Shown: positions 1-8,753 of the stretch, piece by piece
Layout: every line of letters begins with the position of its first letter
Position numbering within the stretch: the stretch's first letter is position 1
Assembly (NCBI GenBank): GCA_018302105.1
Contig: JAGWAD010000038.1
Span: 1 to 60,452 of the forward strand
Direction of reading: 5' to 3'
Length of the DNA stretch: 60,452 nucleotides
Source: Candidatus Woesearchaeota archaeon
Lineage (GTDB): Archaea; Nanobdellota; Nanobdellia; SCGC-AAA011-G17; GW2011-AR18
Notes under the pieces: generated by a model
Database searches by the model: none
What the model was told of the DNA's origin: nothing
What the model saw: only the letters and a program-made list of their open reading frames with translations
Program-made: the position numbers and the translations under genes

Positions 1-2
1 TT

Positions 3-191
3 TTAGATTGGTTTATAGAAGTAAGAAAAAAAGCAAAAGAAGTAACACATGGAAATTTAAAAAGAATTTCAGGAAAAGACATTGAAGAATTACAAAATAA
101 AGCTGAAAGCTTTGTATTAAAATTAAATGAATTAACTAAGAGTATAATCAAAAATGAGAAAATAATAAAAACAGAAATTAAACAATTATAA
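3..191 (+). CDS. C-terminal fragment of an unidentified protein (5' end outside the window)
   Basis: Frame 3 is open from the window edge to TAA at 189-191 (..LDWFIEVRKKAKEV..EIKQL*). K/E-rich; no family recognised. Confidence 0.35.
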   Translation, partial: LDWFIEVRKKAKEVTHGNLKRISGKDIEELQNKAESFVLKLNELTKSIIKNEKIIKTEIKQL

Positions 192-518
192 TTATCTCTT
201 TGGTTTGCTAGACTTTACCATATTTTTAACAATTTTAGCAAGTTTTTTTGGATTTCTAACTAAATTTTCTAATTTATCATTATTTTCATATTCGGGATTA
301 GAATTAATTATTATTGGATTAACAACAACATTCTCATTATCTTTATGATACATAGTCATTATTGTTGGATATTGAAGCTGTCCATTGCCTAGGCTTTCAC
401 CAACAAACATCTGAATGTAACAAGAATCTTGTGGAATTAATTTAACATCAAATCCGTCAGCTTGTTCATAATTCCTTTCTAATATAACTTCACTTTCCTT
501 AAGTTGTTTTCCTTTCAT
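192..518 (-). CDS. hypothetical protein
   Basis: 108-aa ORF with ATG start; no recognisable motif. Confidence 0.5.
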   Translation of the reverse strand: MKGKQLKESEVILERNYEQADGFDVKLIPQDSCYIQMFVGESLGNGQLQYPTIMTMYHKDNENVVVNPIIINSNPEYENNDKLENLVRNPKKLAKIVKNMVKSSKPKR

Positions 519-552
519 TTTAAAAAAAATAAAAAATTATTTCTTGCCAGCT

Positions 553-1284
553 TTACATTTCTGTTAAAGCTATAGCCTTACCATATTGAGTATTTTCAAT
601 TCCTTTTTCTATTAAACCATAAAGACTTGCTTCTTTAATTACTTTTGCAGCAGTCATTCTATGAGAATTTGCTATATCTTTTAGTATTTTAGCTTCACTT
701 TCTCTTGCAAGAGGCGCACCATACGCAGCAAGCCTTGATAATGAACTTAAATCAGATTCATCAAATATAGGCCTGCCAATTTTTTGGGAATATCTCATCA
801 TTGCCTCAATAGCTTCAGCAACATTGCCTTTATCAGCATACTTTTCAATAGTTTCAGCAACATCTACAGTTTGCTTTGCAAATAATAATTTCTTGTAAGC
901 TTCTTTTTCTTCAGGTTTTGCATCCTTCTCAGGAGCTTTAGGCATTATACCTTCCTTTAAAAGATTAATATAAAATCCTTCTTTTACATCAGTCATTCCT
1001 TTAATATAATGAGCTTTAGCACTTTTATAAGTACTTTCATCTAGATTTTCTTCTAATCCCTTAAATGATTTAGTTCTTTCATCATTTAATTGGTTAATAA
1101 AATCAGTAGGAACAAAATGTCCCATCATTTGATTCTGATAAGCATTAGTAGCAGCATTTCTTAATCTTACATTATCCAAATTAGGATTTTTTTCTGCTTG
1201 GTCTAGAAAATGGCGTCCGGTATTGCTATTCTGTATTAATTGTTCTAGATTTTCACTTAATTTGAATTCTTGTTTTTCTGCCAT
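553..1284 (-). CDS. hypothetical protein
   Basis: 243-aa ORF, ATG start, protein-like non-repetitive composition; no family recognised. Confidence 0.6.
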   Translation of the reverse strand: MAEKQEFKLSENLEQLIQNSNTGRHFLDQAEKNPNLDNVRLRNAATNAYQNQMMGHFVPTDFINQLNDERTKSFKGLEENLDESTYKSAKAHYIKGMTDVKEGFYINLLKEGIMPKAPEKDAKPEEKEAYKKLLFAKQTVDVAETIEKYADKGNVAEAIEAMMRYSQKIGRPIFDESDLSSLSRLAAYGAPLARESEAKILKDIANSHRMTAAKVIKEASLYGLIEKGIENTQYGKAIALTEM

Positions 1285-1409
1285 TTTGTTTTAACCTCTT
1301 GTTTGTTTTTTATCTAAATTTAGTAAGATGTCATTCTTTATAAAGGTTTCGTTTTATTCTTACTAGAAAGTAGTAACAATAGAAAAGCTTATAAATATTT
1401 GCTTATAAA

Positions 1410-1503
1410 GATTCTCTTTAATCTTCGGTTGATAGATTTTTACGATGTTATTTTCATGGTCTGGCTCTTCGATATATTTTTGTTAAAAAAATATTTTCTA
1501 CAT
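1410..1503. repeat. 94-bp intergenic repeat, copy A (identical to 20643-20736)
   Basis: Base-by-base comparison: gattctctttaatcttcggttgatagatttttacgatgttattttcatggtctggctcttcgatatatttttgttaaaaaaatattttctacat is present at both loci in the same orientation. Confidence 0.9.
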
Positions 1504-1610
1504 CATTAAGAAATTTAGGACTAACAGGAATACTATACTTATCTCTGACTTGTAGTCCAAAATATCAAGTTAAAGAAACACAAGAAAGCCCTCCTGAAAA
1601 TATTAAGGAA

Positions 1611-1964
1611 TTGAGTTTAAAAGATTTAGAAACAATAAGGGAAGATTACACACAAGGAGATAATTTAGTGGCAGTTAGATGCATAGATTATTTAGCAAAG
1701 TGGGTGCTTACTGTTCCTTTAAATGAAATAATGGAAGGAGAAAAATCCAGATCAATAGCTGCAATCTCGCTTAACTTATCACATTTGGAATACGAAGCAA
1801 TAGGCAGAAGAATAAATGAAAATGCTATAATATCAAAAAGCGGATTAGTAAATAGAAAATCAGATGGAAAAAAATTCATATGCGGAAAATCAACATTAGC
1901 ACTAACAGAATTATCACCACAATTAGAAGAATATGTTTTAACAAACTATGAAAGAAGGAATTAA
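1611..1964 (+). CDS. hypothetical protein (TTG start in ORF track; real start uncertain)
   Basis: 117-aa ORF. First in-frame ATG is about 40 codons in. No family recognised. Confidence 0.4.
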   Translation: MSLKDLETIREDYTQGDNLVAVRCIDYLAKWVLTVPLNEIMEGEKSRSIAAISLNLSHLEYEAIGRRINENAIISKSGLVNRKSDGKKFICGKSTLALTELSPQLEEYVLTNYERRN

Positions 1965-1988
1965 AATTATAAGAGAACTTTGAATATT

Positions 1989-2354
1989 TCATTTTTTAGC
2001 AATATAAAACACCAATAATGAGATTATTCCAATTGCTAAATGCAAATAACTATCAACAAAGCTATTATTTAAATATTCAATTAATATCTCCCTGAATCCT
2101 TTTACAAAACCAAATATACCAAATAAAACAAAAATATATCCAGTAAATGTATTATAACCAGAACCCTTTCCTCTTGATCCTGAATAAACACCCAATAATC
2201 CGAATATTAAATAAATAATATTATGAGGCGTATTTGTAGTTATACCATAAAAATTATTATTATAAAAACCAATTAAGCTTAAGGTTATTAGTACAAAACC
2301 TAAAACTAAAGCATAAATTCTTTGGAATTCCATATAAGTAATAATTTGAGACAT
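1989..2354 (-). CDS. small multi-pass membrane protein, DUF4383-like
   Basis: Four hydrophobic segments. The ..TPHNIIYLIFGLLGVY.. motif resembles the HN..H/Y..G..G signature of DUF4383 (recalled from memory). Confidence 0.55.
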   Translation of the reverse strand: MSQIITYMEFQRIYALVLGFVLITLSLIGFYNNNFYGITTNTPHNIIYLIFGLLGVYSGSRGKGSGYNTFTGYIFVLFGIFGFVKGFREILIEYLNNSFVDSYLHLAIGIISLLVFYIAKK

Positions 2355-2387
2355 TTAAAGAATATTGAATATATACTATATTTAGAA

Positions 2388-2864
2388 TTATTTCTTAGTA
2401 TTTTCTGGTTTAATTACAACATCATATAATTTCTCAAAAATAGACAGACATTCTTTCTGATCAGCTGAAAGGTGAGTACCTACAGGAGTTCCAAAAATAC
2501 AAGAGAAACGATCATTATTGTTTTTATAAAGACTAATAGAATCATCGCCATTAAATTTCATATCAGAATTTAAAGTTGGTCTATAATCTCCATAAGGTCT
2601 GTCATTAGCATCATTTATTTGCAAAGTAATAGTTTCTCCATCAAATAATACATTCTTTCTGTATACCACAAATTTTTTATTAGGTTGAACATTTCTTTCA
2701 CAATTTCTTTGAAATTCATCACAAGCTATATCTGAATTATTTAATACATAATTCCATAGAGTTCTTAGCTTATCATTTATATTTAGTTCTTTAGAGTCTA
2801 CATCAGATGAAACTACTAAACCAAATGTTAAAATTCCTGTTTGAATTAATTTTGTTAATAACAT
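2388..2864 (-). CDS. secreted or membrane-anchored hypothetical protein
   Basis: 158 aa with an N-terminal hydrophobic signal/anchor (MLLTKLIQTGILTFGLVVS). Confidence 0.5.
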   Translation of the reverse strand: MLLTKLIQTGILTFGLVVSSDVDSKELNINDKLRTLWNYVLNNSDIACDEFQRNCERNVQPNKKFVVYRKNVLFDGETITLQINDANDRPYGDYRPTLNSDMKFNGDDSISLYKNNNDRFSCIFGTPVGTHLSADQKECLSIFEKLYDVVIKPENTKK

Positions 2865-2935
2865 TTTTTTTCTATAGTTATTGTTGATAATAAAAGTTTA
2901 TAAATCTTTCTAACTGTAACTACTAATTAATAATA

Positions 2936-5329
2936 TTAAAATCCTCTAATTTTGCCAAGTAAAATATTTCTTTCAATAGAAGCTACTAATTTTCTGGTTT
3001 TATTTACAACATCAGGATTTACTGAAATGCTTGTTATTCCTTCTTTAATTAAAAATTCGACTATTTCAGGATATTCGCTAGGAGCCTGACCACAAATTCC
3101 AATTGTCTTACCATGTTTTCTAAAACCTTTAATTATATTACTTATAGCTTTTAATACAGCAGGATTTCTTTCATCAAAATATCCCATTCTCCCAAGTTTA
3201 GCACTATCACGGTCAATCCCTAAAACACCCATAGTTAAGTCATTACTTCCAATTGAAGCCCCGGTAATAGGAAGCTCAGCAAATTCTTCAGCTATGAATG
3301 CAATTGCAGGAACTTCAGCCATTAAATAAATTCCAAAGTCATTTGATTTAACTAAACCTTCACTTTTTAAAATATCAAGACATTTTATAACTTCTAAAGT
3401 AGTTCTTACAAAAGGCAACATTACATAAACATTTTTTAATCCTTGATCTCTACATTTTTTTATAGCTTTTAATTCTAATTTAAATGCCTCAATAAAATCT
3501 GGTGATACATATCTTGAAACTCCACGCCAACCAATTAAAGGATTTTCTTCATGAGGTTCAAATTGTTCTCCACCCTGCAAATTTTTATATTCATTTGTTT
3601 TAAAATCTGAAAATCTTACAATTATTGGCCTGGGAGAAATATCTCTTGCAACTTTTTCTATTCCATTAGATAATTTATCAATATATTCTTGTTGTTGTCC
3701 TGTTTGTATCATATACAAAGGATGTTTTCCTACACTCTCTGTAATAATAAATTCTATTCTCATTAATCCAATACCATCAAAAGGTAGTTTACCATAATCA
3801 TCAATTTTATCAGGTTCTCCTAAATTCATGTAAATTTTGGTACCAGTAACAAGATTATTATCGCTTACATCGTCATTTAAACTAGAACTATTCTGAGCTT
3901 GGGTTTGTACTATACTATTTTGTTGTATATTAATATTATTTTGACCTTTGTAAACAATACCGCTTGTTCCATCCACAGTTATCAAGTCACCATCGTGCAA
4001 TATTTTTGTTGCCTTTTCAGTTCCGACAATACATGGGATTCCCATTTCTCTACTTACAATCGATGCATGGGAAGTCAGACCCCCTTCATCAGTGACAATA
4101 GCAGAAGCTTTTCTCATAACAGAAACAAAATCTGGTGTTGTCATTCTTGTTACTAAAACATCTCCAAGTTCTATTTTATTTAGTTCATCCATATTTAACA
4201 CAATTTTTACTTTACCAATTCCAACGCCAGGACTTGCACCCATTCCTTCCAGTAATTTTTCAGAATTATTTTCTATAGTTTGTACATTCTCATCTTTCTT
4301 ATTATGTTTTAGTGTCGTAACAGGTCTTGTCTGTACTAGGTAAATTTTTCCATTTTCAGTTGCCCATTCAGAATCCATTGGTTTTCCATAATAATCCTCT
4401 AACGCCTTACCGTATTTCGCAAGTCCGATAATCTCTTCTTCACTTAATTTCTGTCTGCTTCCTTCATTTTCACTTAAATTATTTCTGATATTTTTTCCAG
4501 TAAATTTATCTCTAAATAAACCATATTCCTGTCTTGCAACTTTCTTAGACTTTATTCCCATTGTCAGTTTATCAACGATGTAAGTATCAGGTGTTATCTC
4601 CCCGCCAACAACAGTTTCTCCCAAACCAAATGCACCTTCTATCATAATTTCACTTTCATTATTTGTTGCAGGATTAATAGAAAACATTACTCCACTTTTT
4701 TCACTGTTTACCATTTTTTGCACAACAACAGCAATGTATACTTTATCATGCGGATAATTATTTTTAACCCTATAATAAATTGCTCTTGCAGTAAATAAAG
4801 AAGCCCAGCATTTTTGTACAGCCAAAACTAATTCATCTTTTCCTTTTACATTTAAATAAGTTGCTTGCTGGCCCGCAAAAGATGCGCTTGGTAAATCTTC
4901 TGCAGTAGCTGAACTTCTAACAGCAACAAAAGGTAATTCTCTTCCAGTTTTGATAAAACTATTTAAAACATCATGACCAATTACTTTATTTATTGCCTGA
5001 TCAACATTCATATCTTCATAAGCTTCTACTATAGCCTTTTTTATCTCAATAGGCATTTGTGCATCCAGAATTATTTCCTGTATTTGTTCAGAAGCCTGCT
5101 GCAATTTAGCAGTATCTTCAACATCTAAATTCTTTACAACATTTAAAATTTTATTTTGAATTCCAGTAGTCTCAACAAAATATTTGTAAGCTGGCGCTGT
5201 TACAACAAATCCAGGAGGCACTGGCAATTTCAAATTATACATAATTCCTAAGTTTTCTCCTTTACCTCCAACTAAAGGAAGATTATTCTTTGTAATCTCA
5301 GAAAACCATACAATGGGGGAATCTCTCAT
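2936..5329 (-). CDS. ppsA: phosphoenolpyruvate synthase (pyruvate, water dikinase)
   Basis: 797 aa. N-terminal ATP-grasp motif LVGGKGENLG, phospho-His swivel motif GGLTSHASIVSREMGIPCIVG, and a C-terminal PEP-utilising TIM-barrel region (..GSNDLTMG..). Confidence 0.95.
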   Translation of the reverse strand: MRDSPIVWFSEITKNNLPLVGGKGENLGIMYNLKLPVPPGFVVTAPAYKYFVETTGIQNKILNVVKNLDVEDTAKLQQASEQIQEIILDAQMPIEIKKAIVEAYEDMNVDQAINKVIGHDVLNSFIKTGRELPFVAVRSSATAEDLPSASFAGQQATYLNVKGKDELVLAVQKCWASLFTARAIYYRVKNNYPHDKVYIAVVVQKMVNSEKSGVMFSINPATNNESEIMIEGAFGLGETVVGGEITPDTYIVDKLTMGIKSKKVARQEYGLFRDKFTGKNIRNNLSENEGSRQKLSEEEIIGLAKYGKALEDYYGKPMDSEWATENGKIYLVQTRPVTTLKHNKKDENVQTIENNSEKLLEGMGASPGVGIGKVKIVLNMDELNKIELGDVLVTRMTTPDFVSVMRKASAIVTDEGGLTSHASIVSREMGIPCIVGTEKATKILHDGDLITVDGTSGIVYKGQNNINIQQNSIVQTQAQNSSSLNDDVSDNNLVTGTKIYMNLGEPDKIDDYGKLPFDGIGLMRIEFIITESVGKHPLYMIQTGQQQEYIDKLSNGIEKVARDISPRPIIVRFSDFKTNEYKNLQGGEQFEPHEENPLIGWRGVSRYVSPDFIEAFKLELKAIKKCRDQGLKNVYVMLPFVRTTLEVIKCLDILKSEGLVKSNDFGIYLMAEVPAIAFIAEEFAELPITGASIGSNDLTMGVLGIDRDSAKLGRMGYFDERNPAVLKAISNIIKGFRKHGKTIGICGQAPSEYPEIVEFLIKEGITSISVNPDVVNKTRKLVASIERNILLGKIRGF

Positions 5330-5415
5330 TAAATTTTACACCTCTTTATTTAAACTAATAACTAAGATATTATTAAATCTTTCTTAAAATAATAGAATAA
5401 AAAGCAATTAGAGAT

Positions 5416-5952
5416 TTATTTCAAAGATTTAGTATTAGTCTCAATTTCAATAAGACATTTATTTCCAGGTAATCTTGGATTAGCAGTTTGTAAAGCTTCT
5501 TTAGCCTTGTCAATATTTTCTTTATCTACCCAAACTGTAAAAATAGGATTTCCTACCATAACTTGTGCAGCAGTTCCAGAAACTTTACCAAATGAATGTG
5601 CCATACCACTTTGCAACCTATCTGCATGAGCTCCACCAAGCATCTTATTTTCTCTTAATGCATGATGGGGGTAAACATTTAATCTTAAAAAATAATTATT
5701 GCCTAGAACTTCTTGTAAATTCCTATTAATAACCATTCTTGCTGATTCCAGTGCATTATGTCTTATCTGATAAGAACCGTTGGAAACTAACTTGACTTTA
5801 TAACCATATAATTTAGTCTTGTCACCCATTTCAAAACCACTAATTTTATGATGTGGAAAAGCCTTGATATATCCTTTCTTCTTATATTTTGATTTTCTAG
5901 TATAAGGCCTTTCTAATCTTCTATAACATCTTGCTACTCTTAGATTTACCAT
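5416..5952 (-). CDS. rpl10e: 50S ribosomal protein L10e (uL16)
   Basis: The N-terminus ..ARCYRRLERPYTRKSKYKKKGYI.. is the typical archaeal/eukaryal L10e signature; 178 aa. Confidence 0.92.
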   Translation of the reverse strand: MVNLRVARCYRRLERPYTRKSKYKKKGYIKAFPHHKISGFEMGDKTKLYGYKVKLVSNGSYQIRHNALESARMVINRNLQEVLGNNYFLRLNVYPHHALRENKMLGGAHADRLQSGMAHSFGKVSGTAAQVMVGNPIFTVWVDKENIDKAKEALQTANPRLPGNKCLIEIETNTKSLK

Positions 5953-6041
5953 AAAAATATGAGAAAATATAAGGTATATAAACTTTTCTTAAGGGATTTT
6001 CAATAAGGAAATAATATTAATTAGTTAGATATTAAGGGATT

Positions 6042-6776
6042 ATGGTAAATGTAATTTGGCCTATAATTTGGGGAATAACAGGTTTATTTATTACATATAC
6101 AGGATTTTATCAACTTAAAATTAAAAGATTGATTGAAAATACCCCCACATCAAAAATAAGATCAATTGCAATGGGTTTAGTTGAAATATTTGGAGAAGTA
6201 ATTCCTTTTAATAAAGAAATAATAAAGAGTCCATTTACAAATACAAATTGTGTTTTCTATTCCTACACAATTGAAGAATATCGAAGTTCTGGAAAAAACA
6301 GGAAATGGATATTAATTAAAAAAGATACAAGCAACAATAAATTCTATCTAAAAGATGAAACAGGTCAGGTTCTTATAGACCCAAATAAAGCACATATTGA
6401 TTTAAATAAAACATATCAAACTGAATCTGAAAAAGATACTTCAGAAAATATTAAACAATTTTTAAAAGAAAAAAATATTTCCTTAGAAAATTTTCTTGGA
6501 GTAAATAAAAGATTAAAGTTTACAGAATATATATTAAAACAAAAAGATAAATTATACATTTTAGGAACTGCAGCAGACAATCCCCTAGTAGAAGAGGAAA
6601 GTTCTGTAGAAAACTCAAATGACATAATGATACAAAGAGGTGATTTCAATAGTGTTTATTATATCTCTTCCAAACATGAAACTGAAGTCATAAAGAAATA
6701 CAAGCGTGAAGCAATAATACTTTTATGTATAGGAATAATTTTAACCTTCATTTCATTATTCTTTTTCTCTAGATAA
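6042..6776 (+). CDS. membrane protein, GIDE-like (tentative)
   Basis: N-terminal and C-terminal TM segments flank a soluble domain, and a LemA gene lies immediately downstream. The LemA/GIDE pairing is recalled from the literature; the family call is tentative. Confidence 0.5.
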   Translation: MVNVIWPIIWGITGLFITYTGFYQLKIKRLIENTPTSKIRSIAMGLVEIFGEVIPFNKEIIKSPFTNTNCVFYSYTIEEYRSSGKNRKWILIKKDTSNNKFYLKDETGQVLIDPNKAHIDLNKTYQTESEKDTSENIKQFLKEKNISLENFLGVNKRLKFTEYILKQKDKLYILGTAADNPLVEEESSVENSNDIMIQRGDFNSVYYISSKHETEVIKKYKREAIILLCIGIILTFISLFFFSR

Positions 6777-6806
6777 GCTTAAATATTTACTTAAACTTTT
6801 TCATAC

Positions 6807-7364
6807 ATGGCTTCAGTATTATTAACTATTTTCCTGATATTATTGACTATCTTAATTATTTATATTATTATAATATTTAACAGTTTAATTAGCTTAAAAA
6901 ATAACATTTCAAAATCTTGGTCAAATATTGATGTTTTATTAAAACAAAGATCAGAGGAAATACCAAATTTAGTGGAAACTGTAAAAGGCTATATGAAACA
7001 TGAAAAATCTCTGCTTTTAGAAATAACAAAAGAAAGAACCTCATTAATTAATTCCAGTTCTTTATCAGAAAAAGCAAAAGTAGACAATGCAATTTCTTCT
7101 TCATTAAAAACAATATTTGCAGTATCAGAAAAATATCCAAAGTTAAGAGCAAATGAGAATTTTTTAAAATTGCAGAATAGGATTACAGGATTAGAAAATG
7201 AATTATCAGATAGAAGAGAATTCTATAATGATTCTGTAACAATTTATAATACAAGAATTCAATCATTTCCAGATTTATTCATAGCAAAAGTCTTTAATTT
7301 TAATGCTAAAGAATTATTCAGAGTTTTAGAAGAAGAAAGGAAAGTTGTTAAAACAAACATATAA
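6807..7364 (+). CDS. lemA: LemA family protein
   Basis: An N-terminal TM, then ..FNSLISLKNNISKSWSNIDVLLKQRSEEIPNLVETVKGYMKHEK..YPKLRANENFLKLQ..REFYNDSVTIYNTRIQSFP.., matching the LemA consensus. Confidence 0.9.
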   Translation: MASVLLTIFLILLTILIIYIIIIFNSLISLKNNISKSWSNIDVLLKQRSEEIPNLVETVKGYMKHEKSLLLEITKERTSLINSSSLSEKAKVDNAISSSLKTIFAVSEKYPKLRANENFLKLQNRITGLENELSDRREFYNDSVTIYNTRIQSFPDLFIAKVFNFNAKELFRVLEEERKVVKTNI

Positions 7365-7395
7365 CTTAGATTTCATTAATTCTCACAGCATATTG

Positions 7396-7896
7396 TTATA
7401 TAGTGCTGCTCTGATTCAAAACCTGCTGTAATCCAGAAGCTAATGTTCCTATATTCTTAATGACTAACTCATATAATTTTTGTAAAGTTATATCTAAAAA
7501 TGCTTCTTTTAAAGAACCAGTACAATAATCATAGATATTGCTTATTGAATTAATATTTTTTTCTCTTATCAAATTCATAGGAATGCTGCAATCCATATTT
7601 TTGCCTTCTAAAGCTTGTTTTAACTCTATTTGTTGGGCTTCAGAAACCTTTTTCATAGTAACCCTTACAACACAATTATCATTTTTTTCTCCAAGAATAT
7701 TATAATATAATTGATTACCTTCCCTATTAAGTGTTGCCTTTACTTTATCACATTGGGAAGATTTTGTATTAAAACAACTTTCATCAGTTCCACAATTTTT
7801 CGGAGCACCCAGAATAATTAAGAATATTAAAATTATAATAAGAACCAATGCAAGCACTATAATCTCTTTTCTTCCTAAATTAAGTTTATATTTCAT
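7396..7896 (-). CDS. membrane-anchored hypothetical protein (Cys-containing ectodomain)
   Basis: 166 aa with an N-terminal TM (IIVLALVLIIILIFLIILG); no family recognised. Confidence 0.5.
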   Translation of the reverse strand: MKYKLNLGRKEIIVLALVLIIILIFLIILGAPKNCGTDESCFNTKSSQCDKVKATLNREGNQLYYNILGEKNDNCVVRVTMKKVSEAQQIELKQALEGKNMDCSIPMNLIREKNINSISNIYDYCTGSLKEAFLDITLQKLYELVIKNIGTLASGLQQVLNQSSTI

Positions 7897-7941
7897 ACCT
7901 GTATTTTTTCAATATTAAGTAACTTAAAAAGATTTCTAAAT

Positions 7942-8334
7942 TTAAGGGAAATATGAATTTCTTTGTATTATTCTTAGATATTCTTTAAATTCTTTTGAAA
8001 CTTTAAAAGGATCTTGCTTGTCAGCAACTATATCTGCAAATCCGCGAATTGTAAAAATATGAGCACCATCTCTTCTCTTCGGCCACAAATCCCAAAAATC
8101 AATTTGATAGTAATCCAACAATAATCTAATCGCAGCTTCTATAGTTGGGTTTACATAATTTTCTCCTCTTTTACAAGAAGCATTAAGCTCTAAACTATTT
8201 ATAACATAATTTCTCAATGCAAAGATTTCAGATAATGTGCATTCTAAACCAAAGACTCGATTCATAAAATAGACAACATCAGATAATTCATTTTTTACTC
8301 GTTCTTCATCTACCATTTCATTATTTAATATCAA
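7942..8334 (-). CDS. hypothetical protein (TTG start; alternative ATG at 8316)
   Basis: 130-aa ORF; no family recognised. Confidence 0.45.
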   Translation of the reverse strand: MILNNEMVDEERVKNELSDVVYFMNRVFGLECTLSEIFALRNYVINSLELNASCKRGENYVNPTIEAAIRLLLDYYQIDFWDLWPKRRDGAHIFTIRGFADIVADKQDPFKVSKEFKEYLRIIQRNSYFP

Positions 8335-8354
8335 CTCTAAATTTATCCTCTAAT

Positions 8355-8663
8355 TTACTCTATAATTTCTTCTAATTTATTTTGTTTATTTCGTTGTTCA
8401 GCGTCTAAAAATACAGCTGATGTCATTCCTACTGCAGTTCCAAGTGTAATAGAATAGACATTTAAAGGAAAAGCCAATGCAGTTGTAACAGTTGAAATTA
8501 CCCATGCATTGATTTCTTGATAAGGCTCACCATTTAAATTATTAAATATTGCATACCTGGCATAAACAACAGGGGCTACTGCACCCAAAAACATTCCACC
8601 AAATATATTAAACATTTGTCTATTTGATAATCCATTACCAAGTCTACGAATTTCATTTATCAT
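8355..8663 (-). CDS. small membrane protein (start trimmed to the first ATG)
   Basis: The ORF track extends to a TTG at 8708 that lies inside a GC-rich hairpin element. The first ATG (8663) gives MINEIRRLGNGL.. with three hydrophobic segments. Confidence 0.5.
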   Translation of the reverse strand: MINEIRRLGNGLSNRQMFNIFGGMFLGAVAPVVYARYAIFNNLNGEPYQEINAWVISTVTTALAFPLNVYSITLGTAVGMTSAVFLDAEQRNKQNKLEEIIE

Positions 8664-8679
8664 TAAAAAAAGTGAACCT

Positions 8680-8731
8680 CCCCACCCCAAGGGTTTGCCT
8701 GCTGGCAAATCCGTCTGCTGACGGAGTGGGG
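8680..8731. ncRNA. GC-rich twin-hairpin structured element (function unknown)
   Basis: CCCCAC(8680-85)/GTGGGG(8726-31) encloses TTTGCC-TGCT-GGCAAA (8694-8709) and CCGTC-TGCT-GACGG (8711-8724). The two stem-loops have identical tetraloops and sit in the 90-bp dnaG-downstream spacer of an AT-rich genome. Confidence 0.35.
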
Positions 8732-8753
8732 CATCAAAAGAAATTGACTAACT

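Noticed and set aside
3899-4343. Two ORFs (85 and 83 aa) on the + strand inside ppsA
   Set aside because: They are antisense to a confidently identified 797-aa PEP synthase gene and have low-complexity F/S/C/I-rich translations, which is typical shadow-ORF behaviour.
8664-8708. TTG-initiated N-terminal extension (MPAGKPLGWGGSLFL) of ORF 8355-8708
   Set aside because: The extension is encoded by the GC-rich twin-hairpin element. An ATG at 8663 gives a sensible membrane protein.
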